This document shows, in pieces, positions 48,444 to 57,886 of a stretch of 64,000 nucleotides of DNA. Source of the DNA: an uncultured Gammaproteobacteria bacterium (GTDB taxonomy: Bacteria > Pseudomonadota > Gammaproteobacteria > UBA9214); NCBI GenBank assembly GCA_963748215.1, contig CAVVHS010000006.1, positions 224,001 through 288,000 on the forward strand. The letters run 5' to 3'. Numbering within the stretch: position 1 is the first letter of the stretch; the number at the start of each line of letters is the position of its first letter. A program made the translations under genes and the position numbers. Under the pieces are notes generated by a model. That model saw only the letters and a list, made by a program, of their open reading frames with translations. It was not told where the DNA came from and searched no databases.

Positions 48444-49208
48444 ATGAAAACAGACGTTTCCATGCCTTCCCGCGCCATGTCATTGCGCAATTGGTATCAG
48501 CGTCCGCTTGGGCAGCAACTGGCCGCGGCGGAAGCGGCCGCGCTCGCCGCACAGCTGCCGATGCTGTTCGGCTATCACATGGTCGTCATCGACCCGCCAT
48601 GGGGGCAGTGCCGGCTGGATGACAGCCGTATTCCGCATCACGTCATCCAGAGCGTCGGACCCTTGACGCAGCCGGGCGTGGGGCTTTCCGCGGATACGGA
48701 AAACTGGCCGATCATGACCGATTCGATCGATGCCATCGTCCTGCCGCACACCCTCGAACTCAGCAACAATCCGCACCAGGTGCTGCGCGAGGCCGACCGC
48801 AGCCTGATCCCGGACGGCCACCTCGTGATCCTGGGCTTCAATCCGTTCAGTCTGTGGGGCCTGCGGCGGAAACTGACGCGGCGCAGCAATACCATGCCCT
48901 GGGGCGCGCGCTTCCAGAGCCTGCACCGTATCAAGGACTGGCTCGGCCTGCTCGGCTTCGATACCCTGCACAGCCATTACCTGTTCCAGCGACCACCGGT
49001 GCGCAGTCGGCGCGTACTGGCGCGATTGCAGTTCATGGACCGGGTCGACGGCAATGGCTACATGCTGCTGTCGGCGAGTTATATCCTGGTCGCACGCAAG
49101 CGCACCGTCATCATGACGCCACTCAGGGAAAGCCTGCGTCCGCAAACACGACTGTTTCCGGTGGGCATACCGTCTTCAAACCAGGGCAATGTGCGCAGAT
49201 TCAACTGA
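48444..49208 (+). CDS. SAM-dependent methyltransferase-like protein (YafS-like)
   Basis: [23 protein letters not shown] and GFNPFSLWG; upstream of rnhA. Confidence 0.85.
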   Translation: MKTDVSMPSRAMSLRNWYQRPLGQQLAAAEAAALAAQLPMLFGYHMVVIDPPWGQCRLDDSRIPHHVIQSVGPLTQPGVGLSADTENWPIMTDSIDAIVLPHTLELSNNPHQVLREADRSLIPDGHLVILGFNPFSLWGLRRKLTRRSNTMPWGARFQSLHRIKDWLGLLGFDTLHSHYLFQRPPVRSRRVLARLQFMDRVDGNGYMLLSASYILVARKRTVIMTPLRESLRPQTRLFPVGIPSSNQGNVRRFN

Positions 49209-49653
49209 AACGGAGATCTTCACTGACGGGGCCTGTCGCGGCAATCCCGGACCTGGCGGGTGGGGTGCGCTGCTGCGCCACAACGGTCACGAGAAGACCC
49301 TGTACGGTGCGGAGACGCAGACGACCAACAATCGCATGGAGCTCATGGCGGCCATCGCCGCCCTGGAAAGCCTGAAGCGACCGTGCCGAGTGCACCTGGT
49401 CACCGATTCGCAGTATGTGCAGAAGGGCATCGAGGAGTGGCTGGCGGGCTGGAAACGGCGCGGCTGGAAAACCGCGGCCAGAAAGCCGGTCAAGAACGTG
49501 GACCTGTGGCAGCGCCTGGACCGTGCCGCGAGCGGTCACGTCGTCCGCTGGAGCTGGGTACGCGGCCACAGCGGCCACGAGGAAAACGAGCTGGCCGACC
49601 GGCTGGCGAACCAGGCGATCGACGAACTGCTGCAGGATGGAACGACGCCCTAG
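49189..49653 (+). CDS. rnhA: Ribonuclease HI
   Basis: [26 protein letters not shown] and [12 protein letters not shown]. Confidence 0.97.
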   Translation: MCADSTETEIFTDGACRGNPGPGGWGALLRHNGHEKTLYGAETQTTNNRMELMAAIAALESLKRPCRVHLVTDSQYVQKGIEEWLAGWKRRGWKTAARKPVKNVDLWQRLDRAASGHVVRWSWVRGHSGHEENELADRLANQAIDELLQDGTTP

Positions 49654-49999
49654 CCCGCATTTCTCACCGGGCGGCAGTCGTTTCACATAATGAGCTGAAA
49701 TGATGGACGTGATGCCAGTTCGGCATAAAACAGTGTGTTAGCGGGCATTGCCTATCCCGGCCCTGGCTGGTTCTCGTGCACCCGTACTTGCGATGTACAG
49801 GGACGTACAAGTGGTCGCTCTCGCACATCCCTGTACTTCGCGACACTCGGACTCCTGTCCATCGTCGCGGGAGTCAGGAAGTCGGGAGCGACCTGTTCAC
49901 ACAAGTGGTGGCTACGGCTACCACTTTCGCTCCAGAGCGGCGTCCGGTCACACGAGCCCTGTGCCAGCATCCGGGATCCCGGTGAGAAATGCGGGCTAG
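49650..49999. mobile_element. 350-bp MITE with perfect 22-bp TIRs and a 7-bp flanking direct repeat
   Basis: CTAGCCCGCATTTCTCACCGGG (49650-71) / CCCGGTGAGAAATGCGGGCTAG (49978-99); CGACGCC at 49643-49 and 50000-06. Confidence 0.9.
49754..49977 (+). ncRNA. Candidate structured RNA inside the MITE
   Basis: Multiple nested stems, G-U wobbles mostly valid on the + strand, a cUACGg tetraloop and CsrA-consensus loops (see findings); expression unproven. Confidence 0.45.
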
Positions 50000-50080
50000 C
50001 GACGCCCGTGCGTCGGTACGCTGGCAAGTAGCAGCCGGACAGTTCGTGGCGCAGCGCACCGTATAATACGAGGAACAGTC

Positions 50081-50812
50081 ATGCGGCAAATCGTGCTCGA
50101 CACCGAAACCACCGGCCTTGAACCTGCCGATGGTCATCGCATTATAGAAATCGGTTGCGTAGAACTGGTGGACCGGCGCCTGACCGGCAATACCTACCAT
50201 CAGTACATACAGCCTGACCGGCAAATCGATGCAGGCGCCATCGAGGTGCACGGCATCACCAATGAACAGCTGCTCGACAAGCCGCGTTTCGCCGATATCT
50301 CCGGCGAATTCCTCGATTTCATACGGGGCGCCGAACTGGTCATACACAATGCACCGTTCGATGTCGGTTTCATCAACCACGAGTTACGCCTGCTCGGCGA
50401 GCCCGCAGACAACGTGGCGCAGCTTTGCGGCGTACTGGATACCCTGCAGCTGGCACGGCGCATGCACCCCGGACAACGCAACAGCCTCGATGCATTGTGC
50501 CGGCGCTACGATATAGACAATTCCCGGCGCGATCTGCATGGCGCATTGCTGGACGCCGAGATACTGGCCGATGTCTACCTCGCCATGACCGGAGGCCAGG
50601 TCAGCCTGTCGCTGGATGCTAATGGCTCGAACGAGGCGCGCGGTGGCGGCAGCGCGGATGGTGTCATCCGCCGACTGCCGGCCGGGCGGCCGCAGTTGCG
50701 GGTGATCAGGGCGACGGACGAGGAAGCTGCGCTGCACGAGGCCAGACTGGATGCCATCGCCGGCAAGAGTGACGGCAATGTGGTCTGGCGTAATGCAGAC
50801 GGCTCATCCTAG
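50081..50812 (+). CDS. dnaQ: DNA polymerase III epsilon subunit
   Basis: LDTETTG, HNAPFD, HGALLDAEILADVY and MTGGQ. Confidence 0.97.
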   Translation: MRQIVLDTETTGLEPADGHRIIEIGCVELVDRRLTGNTYHQYIQPDRQIDAGAIEVHGITNEQLLDKPRFADISGEFLDFIRGAELVIHNAPFDVGFINHELRLLGEPADNVAQLCGVLDTLQLARRMHPGQRNSLDALCRRYDIDNSRRDLHGALLDAEILADVYLAMTGGQVSLSLDANGSNEARGGGSADGVIRRLPAGRPQLRVIRATDEEAALHEARLDAIAGKSDGNVVWRNADGSS

Positions 50813-50910
50813 GTGTCAACTCGCGCAAAGACACCAGCATAGAAATAACGCCACAGGGGGCGCCGGGGACACAGAGCATGATCATGCCCTGATTCGTAAT
50901 CCAATTATCT

Positions 50911-51018
50911 TGTAGGAGCGGATCTCATCCGCGATCTTTTCTAGCGTGGTAAAGATCGCGCTTGCGAAGCGCGCCTACGACAATCAGTCAACCTGTAGGA
51001 GAGGATCACGCCCGCGAT
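50911..51018. repeat. GTAG-type REP cluster (doublet plus degenerate third copy)
   Basis: TGTAGGAGCGGATCTCATCCGCGAT (50911-35), ATCGCGCTTGCGAAGCGCGCCTAC (50955-78) and TGTAGGAGAGGATCACGCCCGCGAT (50994-51018). Confidence 0.85.
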
Positions 51019-51067
51019 TATTTTCTGATGGTGCTCCGATGCCCGCGCGAAGCATGAATCCGGCGCG

Positions 51068-52770
51068 TCAGAACATCGAGTCCAGCAGCAGGTAACTGCC
51101 CAGTACCACCGCGATCCACAACACCATGCTGCCGGTAGGCCATGACTCCGCCAGGTGATAGTCCGCCAGTGACGTCCTGCAGTATGCGCTCAACACGTGA
51201 CGCCGGTAGAACTGCTTCACACCTGCCAGTACCTGCGTCGTCCGCTGCAGGGCGCCGTATACGAAACGCCCGCCCGCCGGCAACAGCTTGCGGTACAGCC
51301 ACTCGGCATCGATGTTCACCGCGTGCAGTTCCGGCGGATAGATGCCCTGCTTGTTGAGCCAGACAAAGGCCAGCGCGGAGAAGAACAGCAATTGCAGCTG
51401 CGACAATACGTGAGTGGTCCCGTAGGGCCAGTAGTCGACATCCCAGGGCAGCAGTGCATAGAGGTACTGCGGCTGGCTGCCGTTGAATATGCACAGCGCT
51501 GCCGCCAGTCCCATGGCCAGCAGCATGTTGCGCGGTGCTTCCGTGGTGCGGATGCCTGAATCGTGGGCGAAGAAGGCAAAATACGGGATCTTGATGCCGG
51601 CATGATGGAACACGCCGGCCGATGCAAACAGCAGTGCCAGCCACAGCACGTCATGTCCTTCCCCGATCATGGCGCTCATGACCATCGACTTGCTGACGAA
51701 GCCGCTGAACAGCGGAAACGCGGAGATCGACGCGGCACCGATGATGCACAGCGTGGTTGTTTTCGGCATGGACTTGTACAGGCCGCCAAGGTCAGAGCCA
51801 TTCATCCTGCCGGTACGGAACAGCACCGCGCCCATGCTCATGAACAGCAGTCCCTTGAAGATGACGTCGTTGAAGGCGTGCGCCACGGCGCCGTTCAGGG
51901 CCAGCGCGGTGCCGATGCCGATCCCGCACACCATGAAGCCGAGCTGGTTGATCATGCTGTAGGCCAGCACACGGCGCAGGTCGTTCTCGATGACTGCGTA
52001 GAAGATCGGGAAACAGGTCATCACGACGCCGATATACACCAGCAAGCTCGGTGCCCGGAAAACCGCGCGCCAGTGCATAGACCGCCACCTTGGTGGTGAA
52101 GGCGGACAGGAACACCGTGCCGGTGGGTGTGGCTTCCGGGTAGGCGTCGGTCAGCCAGTTGTGCAGCAGCGGGAAGGCGCACTTGATGCCGAAGGCGAGA
52201 AAGATCAGCCAGCCGCTGATGCCCTCCAGGCCGATGAAGTCGAAGGCCAGCGAACCGGTCTGCCGGTAGTGCAGGAGCGCGCCGGCCAGCAGCAGCAGGC
52301 CCGAAGCTCACCTGGAACAGCAGGTAGCGGATGCCGGCACGGCTGGCCCGGGCATTGCGGCGTGCCCAGATCAGGAACACGGAACTGAGCGCGAGCAGTT
52401 CCCAGAAGATGAACAGCGTGATCAGGTCGCCGGCGAACACTGCGCCGAGTGCGCTGCCAGCGTAGACCAGGCCCGCGACGTGCTGCGTGGTATCGCGCAC
52501 ATGCAACGCGAAGATTACCGAGATGAAAGCCGCGATATGAAACAGGTAGCCGAACAGCAGGCTGAGCCGGTCGGTGCGCAGCAGCACCAGTTCGAATTCC
52601 AGCACCTGCATGCTCAGGGTGGTGCCGGGCATTACGTCCAGCCAGAGGTGCAGGCCGCCCAGCGCCGGCGCTGCCAGCATGATGGCAGCACGCAGCCGGC
52701 CGCGTGTCAGCAACGCGAGCAATGCCGCGATCAGGAACGGGACGAACGGTGGCAACTCACTCGTCCACAT
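51068..52770 (-). CDS. mrpD: Mrp antiporter subunit D-like no. 3 (apparent +1 indels near 52304 and 52044)
   Basis: FIFWELLA, VFLSAFTTKVAVY, LAYSMINQLG and FPLFSGFVSK over three frames. Confidence 0.85.
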
Positions 52771-53014
52771 GGTAGTAGTCTTCCGGACGCATGAGCAGTC
52801 TGCGCAGCTGTTTTGCGATCAGTACCAGCGTGACACAGGCCACGAAGCCGAACAGGGCGTAGAAGCCGGGTAATCGCTCCCAGGCATGTGCAGCGTGTCG
52901 GTGCAGGATGAAATCGAGTGCGAGCAGGATGATACAGGCGCCGTAGAACACGCGAAACAGCAGAGTCACGTTGCGCGGCTTGTCGAACAGGTGCTGCTTG
53001 TCATTGCCGTGCAT
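52757..53014 (-). CDS. Small 2-TM protein within the mrp operon (85 aa)
   Basis: Overlaps the mrpD3 start and begins 2 nt after the mrpD2 stop; two hydrophobic helices; ends LMRPEDYY. Confidence 0.75.
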   Translation of the reverse strand: MHGNDKQHLFDKPRNVTLLFRVFYGACIILLALDFILHRHAAHAWERLPGFYALFGFVACVTLVLIAKQLRRLLMRPEDYYHVDE

Positions 53015-53015
53015 G

Positions 53016-54482
53016 TCAGTGGCCCCCGCTGACATCCAGTGCGAGTTGATAGAAAGGCTCAGGGTAGAAAAACAGCAGCAGGCAGGCAAGCGAGGTGATG
53101 ATCATCGCGGCCAGGCAGCTGGTAGGCGCCTCGTGGATGCCGGTGTGACCGGTACTGTCGTGCGCGGTGCCGAAAAACGCCCGCACCGGGATCGGCAGCA
53201 GGTAGGCGATGTTCAGCAGGGAGCTGAACAGCAACACGCCCAGCAGGAGCCACTGGCCGGCCTCGACAGTGCCCATGCCCAGGTACCACTTGCTCCACAT
53301 GCCGCCAAACGGCGGCAGTCCGATGATACTCAGGCTGCCGATAAAAAAGGCGCCGAAGGTGACGGGCATGGCGCGTCCCAGCCCGGCCATGTCGCTGATC
53401 TCGGTCTTGTGCGTGGCCACCAGGATGGCGCCGGCGGCGAAGAACAGCGTGATCTTGGCGAAGGCATGCATGGTGATCTGCAGGGCGCCGCCGAGGATGC
53501 CGGGCTGCGTCACCAGCAGTGCCCCCAGCACGATATAGCCCAGCTGACTGATGGTGGAATAGGCCAGCCGTGCCTTCAGGTTGTCCTTCGTCATGGCGAC
53601 CAGCGAGGCGAGCAGGATGGTGGCGCCGGCGAACCAGATCAGCCAGTCGGCGGCGCCGCTGTCCGTGATGAAGCCGGTGCCGAACACGTAGATCGTTACC
53701 TTCAGTACACTGAAGACACCGGCCTTGACCACGGCAACTGCATGCAGCAGTGCGCTGACCGGCGTCGGCGCGACCATCGCCGCCGGCAGCCAGCGATGAA
53801 ACGGCATGACCGCCGCCTTGCCGATGCCGAAGACGAACAGCGCGAGCAACAGGCCGGCCCAGGCGGGATCGAGATGTCCGGCCAGGATGCCGCCGCGCCG
53901 GAACTCCAGCGTACCGGTCACGCTGTAGGTGATCAGGATGGCGAACAGCAGCAGGCCGATCGAGGTGCCGAGCAGGATGCCGAGATAGGTGCGTGCACCA
54001 CGCCGTGCCGCATCGGTGCCGGCATGGGCCACGAGCGGAAACGTCGCCAGGGTGAGCAGTTCGTACCACAGGAACAGGGTCAGCAGGTTGCCGGCAAAGG
54101 CCACGCCGAAGGTGCAACCGAGTGCTACAGCGAACAGGGCATAGAAGCGCGTCTGCTGTTGTTCATTGTGGCCACGCATGTAGCCGATGGAATAGAGGGT
54201 CGTGACCGGCCACAGCAATCCCGCCACCAGCGCAAACAGCATGCCGAGCGGTTCGATGGACAGCACGATCGGCAAGCCGGGCAGCGGTTCGGCGAGCTGC
54301 CATGTCACTACGGCACCGTCTCGAACGTGCGGGTACAGCGCGACTGCGCAGGCCGCGACAGTCACGGCAACCGTAACGGACAGCGCCTCGCGCAGGTCCG
54401 GCCAGCGGCCGAGCAGGGCGATGCCGACGGCCGCCAGCAGGGGCAGGGCCAGCATCGACAGCATCAGTGCCTGTGCCGTCAC
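53016..54482 (-). CDS. mrpD: Mrp antiporter subunit D-like no. 2 (MrpA/NuoL-type core motif)
   Basis: LWYELLT, KAAVMPFHRWLPAAMVAPTPVSALLHAVAVVKAG and LAYSTISQLG; GTG start overlaps the upstream stop. Confidence 0.88.
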   Translation of the reverse strand: MTAQALMLSMLALPLLAAVGIALLGRWPDLREALSVTVAVTVAACAVALYPHVRDGAVVTWQLAEPLPGLPIVLSIEPLGMLFALVAGLLWPVTTLYSIGYMRGHNEQQQTRFYALFAVALGCTFGVAFAGNLLTLFLWYELLTLATFPLVAHAGTDAARRGARTYLGILLGTSIGLLLFAILITYSVTGTLEFRRGGILAGHLDPAWAGLLLALFVFGIGKAAVMPFHRWLPAAMVAPTPVSALLHAVAVVKAGVFSVLKVTIYVFGTGFITDSGAADWLIWFAGATILLASLVAMTKDNLKARLAYSTISQLGYIVLGALLVTQPGILGGALQITMHAFAKITLFFAAGAILVATHKTEISDMAGLGRAMPVTFGAFFIGSLSIIGLPPFGGMWSKWYLGMGTVEAGQWLLLGVLLFSSLLNIAYLLPIPVRAFFGTAHDSTGHTGIHEAPTSCLAAMIITSLACLLLFFYPEPFYQLALDVSGGH

Positions 54483-55957
54483 GGTCCGGTTACCGTGAGC
54501 AGTCGCACGGCCGTCGTGGCCGTGTCGACAGTCAGCCGGGTATCCAGGCCAAACCAGATATTGGCCAGCACCAGCAGCCAGATCGGCACGAGCATGGACA
54601 GGGGGGCTTCCTGCAGCGGTTGTGCGTCGGGTGCCGGGACCCGGAACAGCATGGCATCCACCAGTTTCCACAGGTAGGCGACGGCCAGCAGCGAGCCGGC
54701 CAGCACCACCAGTGCAATCAGCCAGTCCTGCTGCTCCAGCGCGGCCAGCACCAGGTACCACTTGCTGATGAAACCGGCAGTGCCCGGGACACCGACCAGG
54801 CTCAGTCCGGCGATGACGATGGCGCCGAAGGTCCAGGGCATCTGGCGGGCGCTGCCAGCCAGCCGGTCGAGCCGGCTGGAGCCGATGCGATAGACCAGTG
54901 CGCCGAGCGCCATGAACAGCGCGCCTTTCATCAGGGCATGGTTGAAGACATGCACGATGGTCGCGGTCAGTCCGAGCGCCGATCCGTAGGCGATGCCCAG
55001 TACCATGTAACCGATCTGGCCGATACTCGAATAGGCCAGCAGGCGCCGGGCATCGGGCTGGTAGATGGCCGCCACCGACGCGAACAGCACACCGGCCACG
55101 CCCAGCAGCAGGAACACCAGGCCTGTGGGTGTGAGCGCGACCAGGTTGCTCGGAAACACGGTGAAGACCATGCGCAGCATGATGTACACAGCGACCTTGG
55201 TTGCGGTCGCTGCCAGGAACACCGTGACGGCGATCGGTGCATAGCAGTATACGTTCGGCAGCCAGAGATGCAGCGGGAACATGGCCAGCTTGAGCCCGAT
55301 GCCCACCACGATAAACGCGAAGCCGGTGTGCACCGTGCGGTGTGAAGCGACGTCGAATAACTGGGTATGCAGGTCCATCATGTTCAGCGTGCCGGTCTCG
55401 GCATAGATCAGGCCGATGCCGATCAGCAGGAAGGTGGCGCCGATCGTGCCCATGATGAGGTACTGGTAGGCGGCAGTCAGTGCCTGGCGGCGCTGGCCGA
55501 GACTGATCAGCGCGTAGGAAGACAGCGAGGATATCTCCAGGAACACGAACAGGTTGAACACGTCACCGGTCTGGCTGATACCGAGCATCCCGTCCATGCA
55601 CAGCAGGAAGGCGGCGTAGAACAGTGATCTCTGGTGGCGCGGTATTTCACGTTCGACGCTGCGCAGGGCATACGGCAGGGTGACGGCAGCGATGCCGGCG
55701 ATGATCAGGGCGACCAGCGCATTGAGTGCATCGACGCGGTACTCGATGCCCCACGGCGGCGCCCAGCCGCCCAGTTCGTAGCTGACCACGTTGCCACCGG
55801 CGACTGTCTGCAGTTGCCAGACGGCCAGCGCGAGGCAGGTCCAGGCGACGCCCGTGGCCATCAGCCATGGCAGCCGTCCCGCTGGCAACAGTGCCGTGAC
55901 CGGTGCGGCCAGCAGCGGAAGGGCAACCAGCAGGAGACTCGGGCTGGCCTCGATCAC
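54479..55957 (-). CDS. mrpD: Mrp antiporter subunit D no. 1
   Basis: GGWAPPWGIE, FNLFVFLEISS, KLAMFPLHLWLP and ATKV. Confidence 0.9.
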   Translation of the reverse strand: MIEASPSLLLVALPLLAAPVTALLPAGRLPWLMATGVAWTCLALAVWQLQTVAGGNVVSYELGGWAPPWGIEYRVDALNALVALIIAGIAAVTLPYALRSVEREIPRHQRSLFYAAFLLCMDGMLGISQTGDVFNLFVFLEISSLSSYALISLGQRRQALTAAYQYLIMGTIGATFLLIGIGLIYAETGTLNMMDLHTQLFDVASHRTVHTGFAFIVVGIGLKLAMFPLHLWLPNVYCYAPIAVTVFLAATATKVAVYIMLRMVFTVFPSNLVALTPTGLVFLLLGVAGVLFASVAAIYQPDARRLLAYSSIGQIGYMVLGIAYGSALGLTATIVHVFNHALMKGALFMALGALVYRIGSSRLDRLAGSARQMPWTFGAIVIAGLSLVGVPGTAGFISKWYLVLAALEQQDWLIALVVLAGSLLAVAYLWKLVDAMLFRVPAPDAQPLQEAPLSMLVPIWLLVLANIWFGLDTRLTVDTATTAVRLLTVTGP

Positions 55958-56313
55958 AAGGAGGCATCCTGCCTGTGAATATCGTCTTCCTCGATGCTGC
56001 CGTAGGCCTCGCGGATACGCACCACCAGTGCCAGCCCGAGGGCGGTGGTGGAGACGCCGACCACGATCGCGGTCAGTATCAGCACGTAGGGTAGCGGGTT
56101 CGAATGGCGGGTGAAGCCCTCGGCGATGATCGGCGTGGTGCCGCCGCTGAGATTGCCGATGCTGATGTAGAGCAGGAACACCGAGGTCTGGAAGATGTTG
56201 AGGCCGGCGATCTTCTTGATCAGGTTGCCTCGGCTGATCACGATATAGAAGCCGGTCATCATCAGCAGGATGACGACCCAGTAGTTGTAATGCCCGAGGA
56301 TAAACCCGGTCAC
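55954..56313 (-). CDS. mrpC: Mrp antiporter subunit C
   Basis: NLIKKI and NPLPYVLILTAIVVG. Confidence 0.92.
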   Translation of the reverse strand: MTGFILGHYNYWVVILLMMTGFYIVISRGNLIKKIAGLNIFQTSVFLLYISIGNLSGGTTPIIAEGFTRHSNPLPYVLILTAIVVGVSTTALGLALVVRIREAYGSIEEDDIHRQDASL

Positions 56314-56729
56314 GGCCGGTTGCGTCCCGCGAAGGCGAAAAAGATCAGCAGCATGACGGAGGCGACGGTCATGCCGACACCGGCCTCGATGATCAGGATG
56401 CCGAGGTGCTGGCCCGCGACCGGCGTGGCGGCCAGTACGCTGTAGTCGAGAAAGCGTCCGCCCTCGAACAGCGTGACGAAACCGGTGCCGGTGTAAATCA
56501 GCACGCCGAGGCTGGCGAATGTGCGCAGCAGCCAGCCCGGGATGATGCGCTCGGCACTGTCGAGTCCGAATACCAGGGTATACAGGATGAATCCGGCACT
56601 GAAGATCACACCGGCCTGGAAACCGCCGCCCGGCCCGAAGTCGCCGTGAAATTGCACGTACAGGGCAAACAGCAGGATGACCGGCACGATGAACTTGGCG
56701 ATGATCTTGAGGATGAGATTGTGCTTCAC
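56310..56729 (-). CDS. mrpB: Mrp antiporter subunit B
   Basis: FHGDFGPGGGFQAG motif; GTG start at 56729. Confidence 0.9.
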   Translation of the reverse strand: MKHNLILKIIAKFIVPVILLFALYVQFHGDFGPGGGFQAGVIFSAGFILYTLVFGLDSAERIIPGWLLRTFASLGVLIYTGTGFVTLFEGGRFLDYSVLAATPVAGQHLGILIIEAGVGMTVASVMLLIFFAFAGRNRP

Positions 56730-57277
56730 GATTTGTCCTGGTCGTCGTCGTTGCGTCGCCGGCCCAGCAACAGCAGTACGCCGATACCCGCAGTGAAGAT
56801 CACCGTCACTTCCCCGAGCGTGTCGAAGCCGCGGTAGCTCGCCAGCACGGCCGTCACCAGGTTGGGTACGCCGGTCTCCATCAGTCCATGCTCTATATAG
56901 CGCGGCGCCACGTGCAGGTGGGCAGGCGCCTGCGGATCGCCGAATGCCGGTATGTCGATCGTGCCGTAGGCCAGCGCAAGTCCGGTGATCGTCACCACGA
57001 CGAGCGGCAGCCAGGGCTGGTGGGCAGGGGCCTTTTCCTCGCGCATACCGGTCAGCGCCAGCGTGGCCAGCATCAGGACGGTGGAGATACCGGCCCCGAC
57101 CGAGGCCTCGGTGAAGGCGACGTCGGCGGCATCCATGACGGTGAACAGGCCGGCGGAGAGCAGGCTGAAAATGCCGAACAGCATGATGATGGCGAACAGG
57201 CTGCGCATGCGCAGGATGGATATGGCGGTGATCGCCATGAATGCCAGCAGGGTGACGTCGATCAGCGATTCGATCAT
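56726..57277 (-). CDS. DUF4040 / MrpA C-terminal-like subunit
   Basis: ADVAFTEASVGAG and PNLVTAVLASYRGFDTLGE motifs. Confidence 0.88.
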   Translation of the reverse strand: MIESLIDVTLLAFMAITAISILRMRSLFAIIMLFGIFSLLSAGLFTVMDAADVAFTEASVGAGISTVLMLATLALTGMREEKAPAHQPWLPLVVVTITGLALAYGTIDIPAFGDPQAPAHLHVAPRYIEHGLMETGVPNLVTAVLASYRGFDTLGEVTVIFTAGIGVLLLLGRRRNDDDQDKS

Positions 57278-57591
57278 GTGTCCGCCCTGCCATCGTCGTC
57301 GAGCAATGGTTTCAGGCCCGCTTCGGTGGCCGTGTTGGCAAGGGCATGTGCAGCGGTCGGGCTGGTGAGAAACAGGAAGCTGAAAATCAGGAACAGCTTG
57401 AAGGTGTCCAGTGTGAGGCCGGCCTGCAGAGCGAGGCCGAGCAGGAACAGGGCGGCGCACAGCGTGTCCGTGGTGCCGGCGGCATGTACACGGGTGTAGA
57501 AGTCCGGGAAGCGGTGCATGCCGATACCGCCGATCACGCTGAGCACGGCCCCGGCAATCACGCAGCACCAGCTCGCGACTTCAATTATCAT
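57274..57591 (-). CDS. mrpG: Mrp antiporter subunit G
   Basis: RFPDFYTRVHAAG and TSPTAAHALA. Confidence 0.92.
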   Translation of the reverse strand: MIIEVASWCCVIAGAVLSVIGGIGMHRFPDFYTRVHAAGTTDTLCAALFLLGLALQAGLTLDTFKLFLIFSFLFLTSPTAAHALANTATEAGLKPLLDDDGRADT

Positions 57592-57886
57592 TCGCTTGCT
57601 CGCAGCTTTCGGTTTCCCCTTCACCGGCGGTGTGGAAATTGCCCTGTTCGACCAGCTTGAGCACGGCGACCACACTGATGAAATTGATCAGCGCATAGAT
57701 CAGCGCAATGTCGATGATGTCGGTTCGGCCCGACATGAAGGCAAGGACAGCAATCAGCAGTACGGTTTTGGTACCGAACATGTTGACGGCAAGGATGCGG
57801 TCACAAACCGTCGGTCCGAGCAGGGCGCGGGCCAGCGCCAGGCCCATGGTCACCAGGATCGCAGCGGCTGCCACGCCGTATATCAT
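57581..57886 (-). CDS. mrpF: Mrp antiporter subunit F
   Basis: GPTVCDRILA and DIALIYALINF. Confidence 0.92.
   Translation of the reverse strand: MIYGVAAAAILVTMGLALARALLGPTVCDRILAVNMFGTKTVLLIAVLAFMSGRTDIIDIALIYALINFISVVAVLKLVEQGNFHTAGEGETESCEQANDN

Noticed and set aside
49735-50031. Short ORFs inside the rnhA-dnaQ element as a transposase or toxin
   Set aside because: 60-98 aa, no DDE/HUH motifs, no clear RBS, and they overlap in several frames across hairpin-rich DNA.
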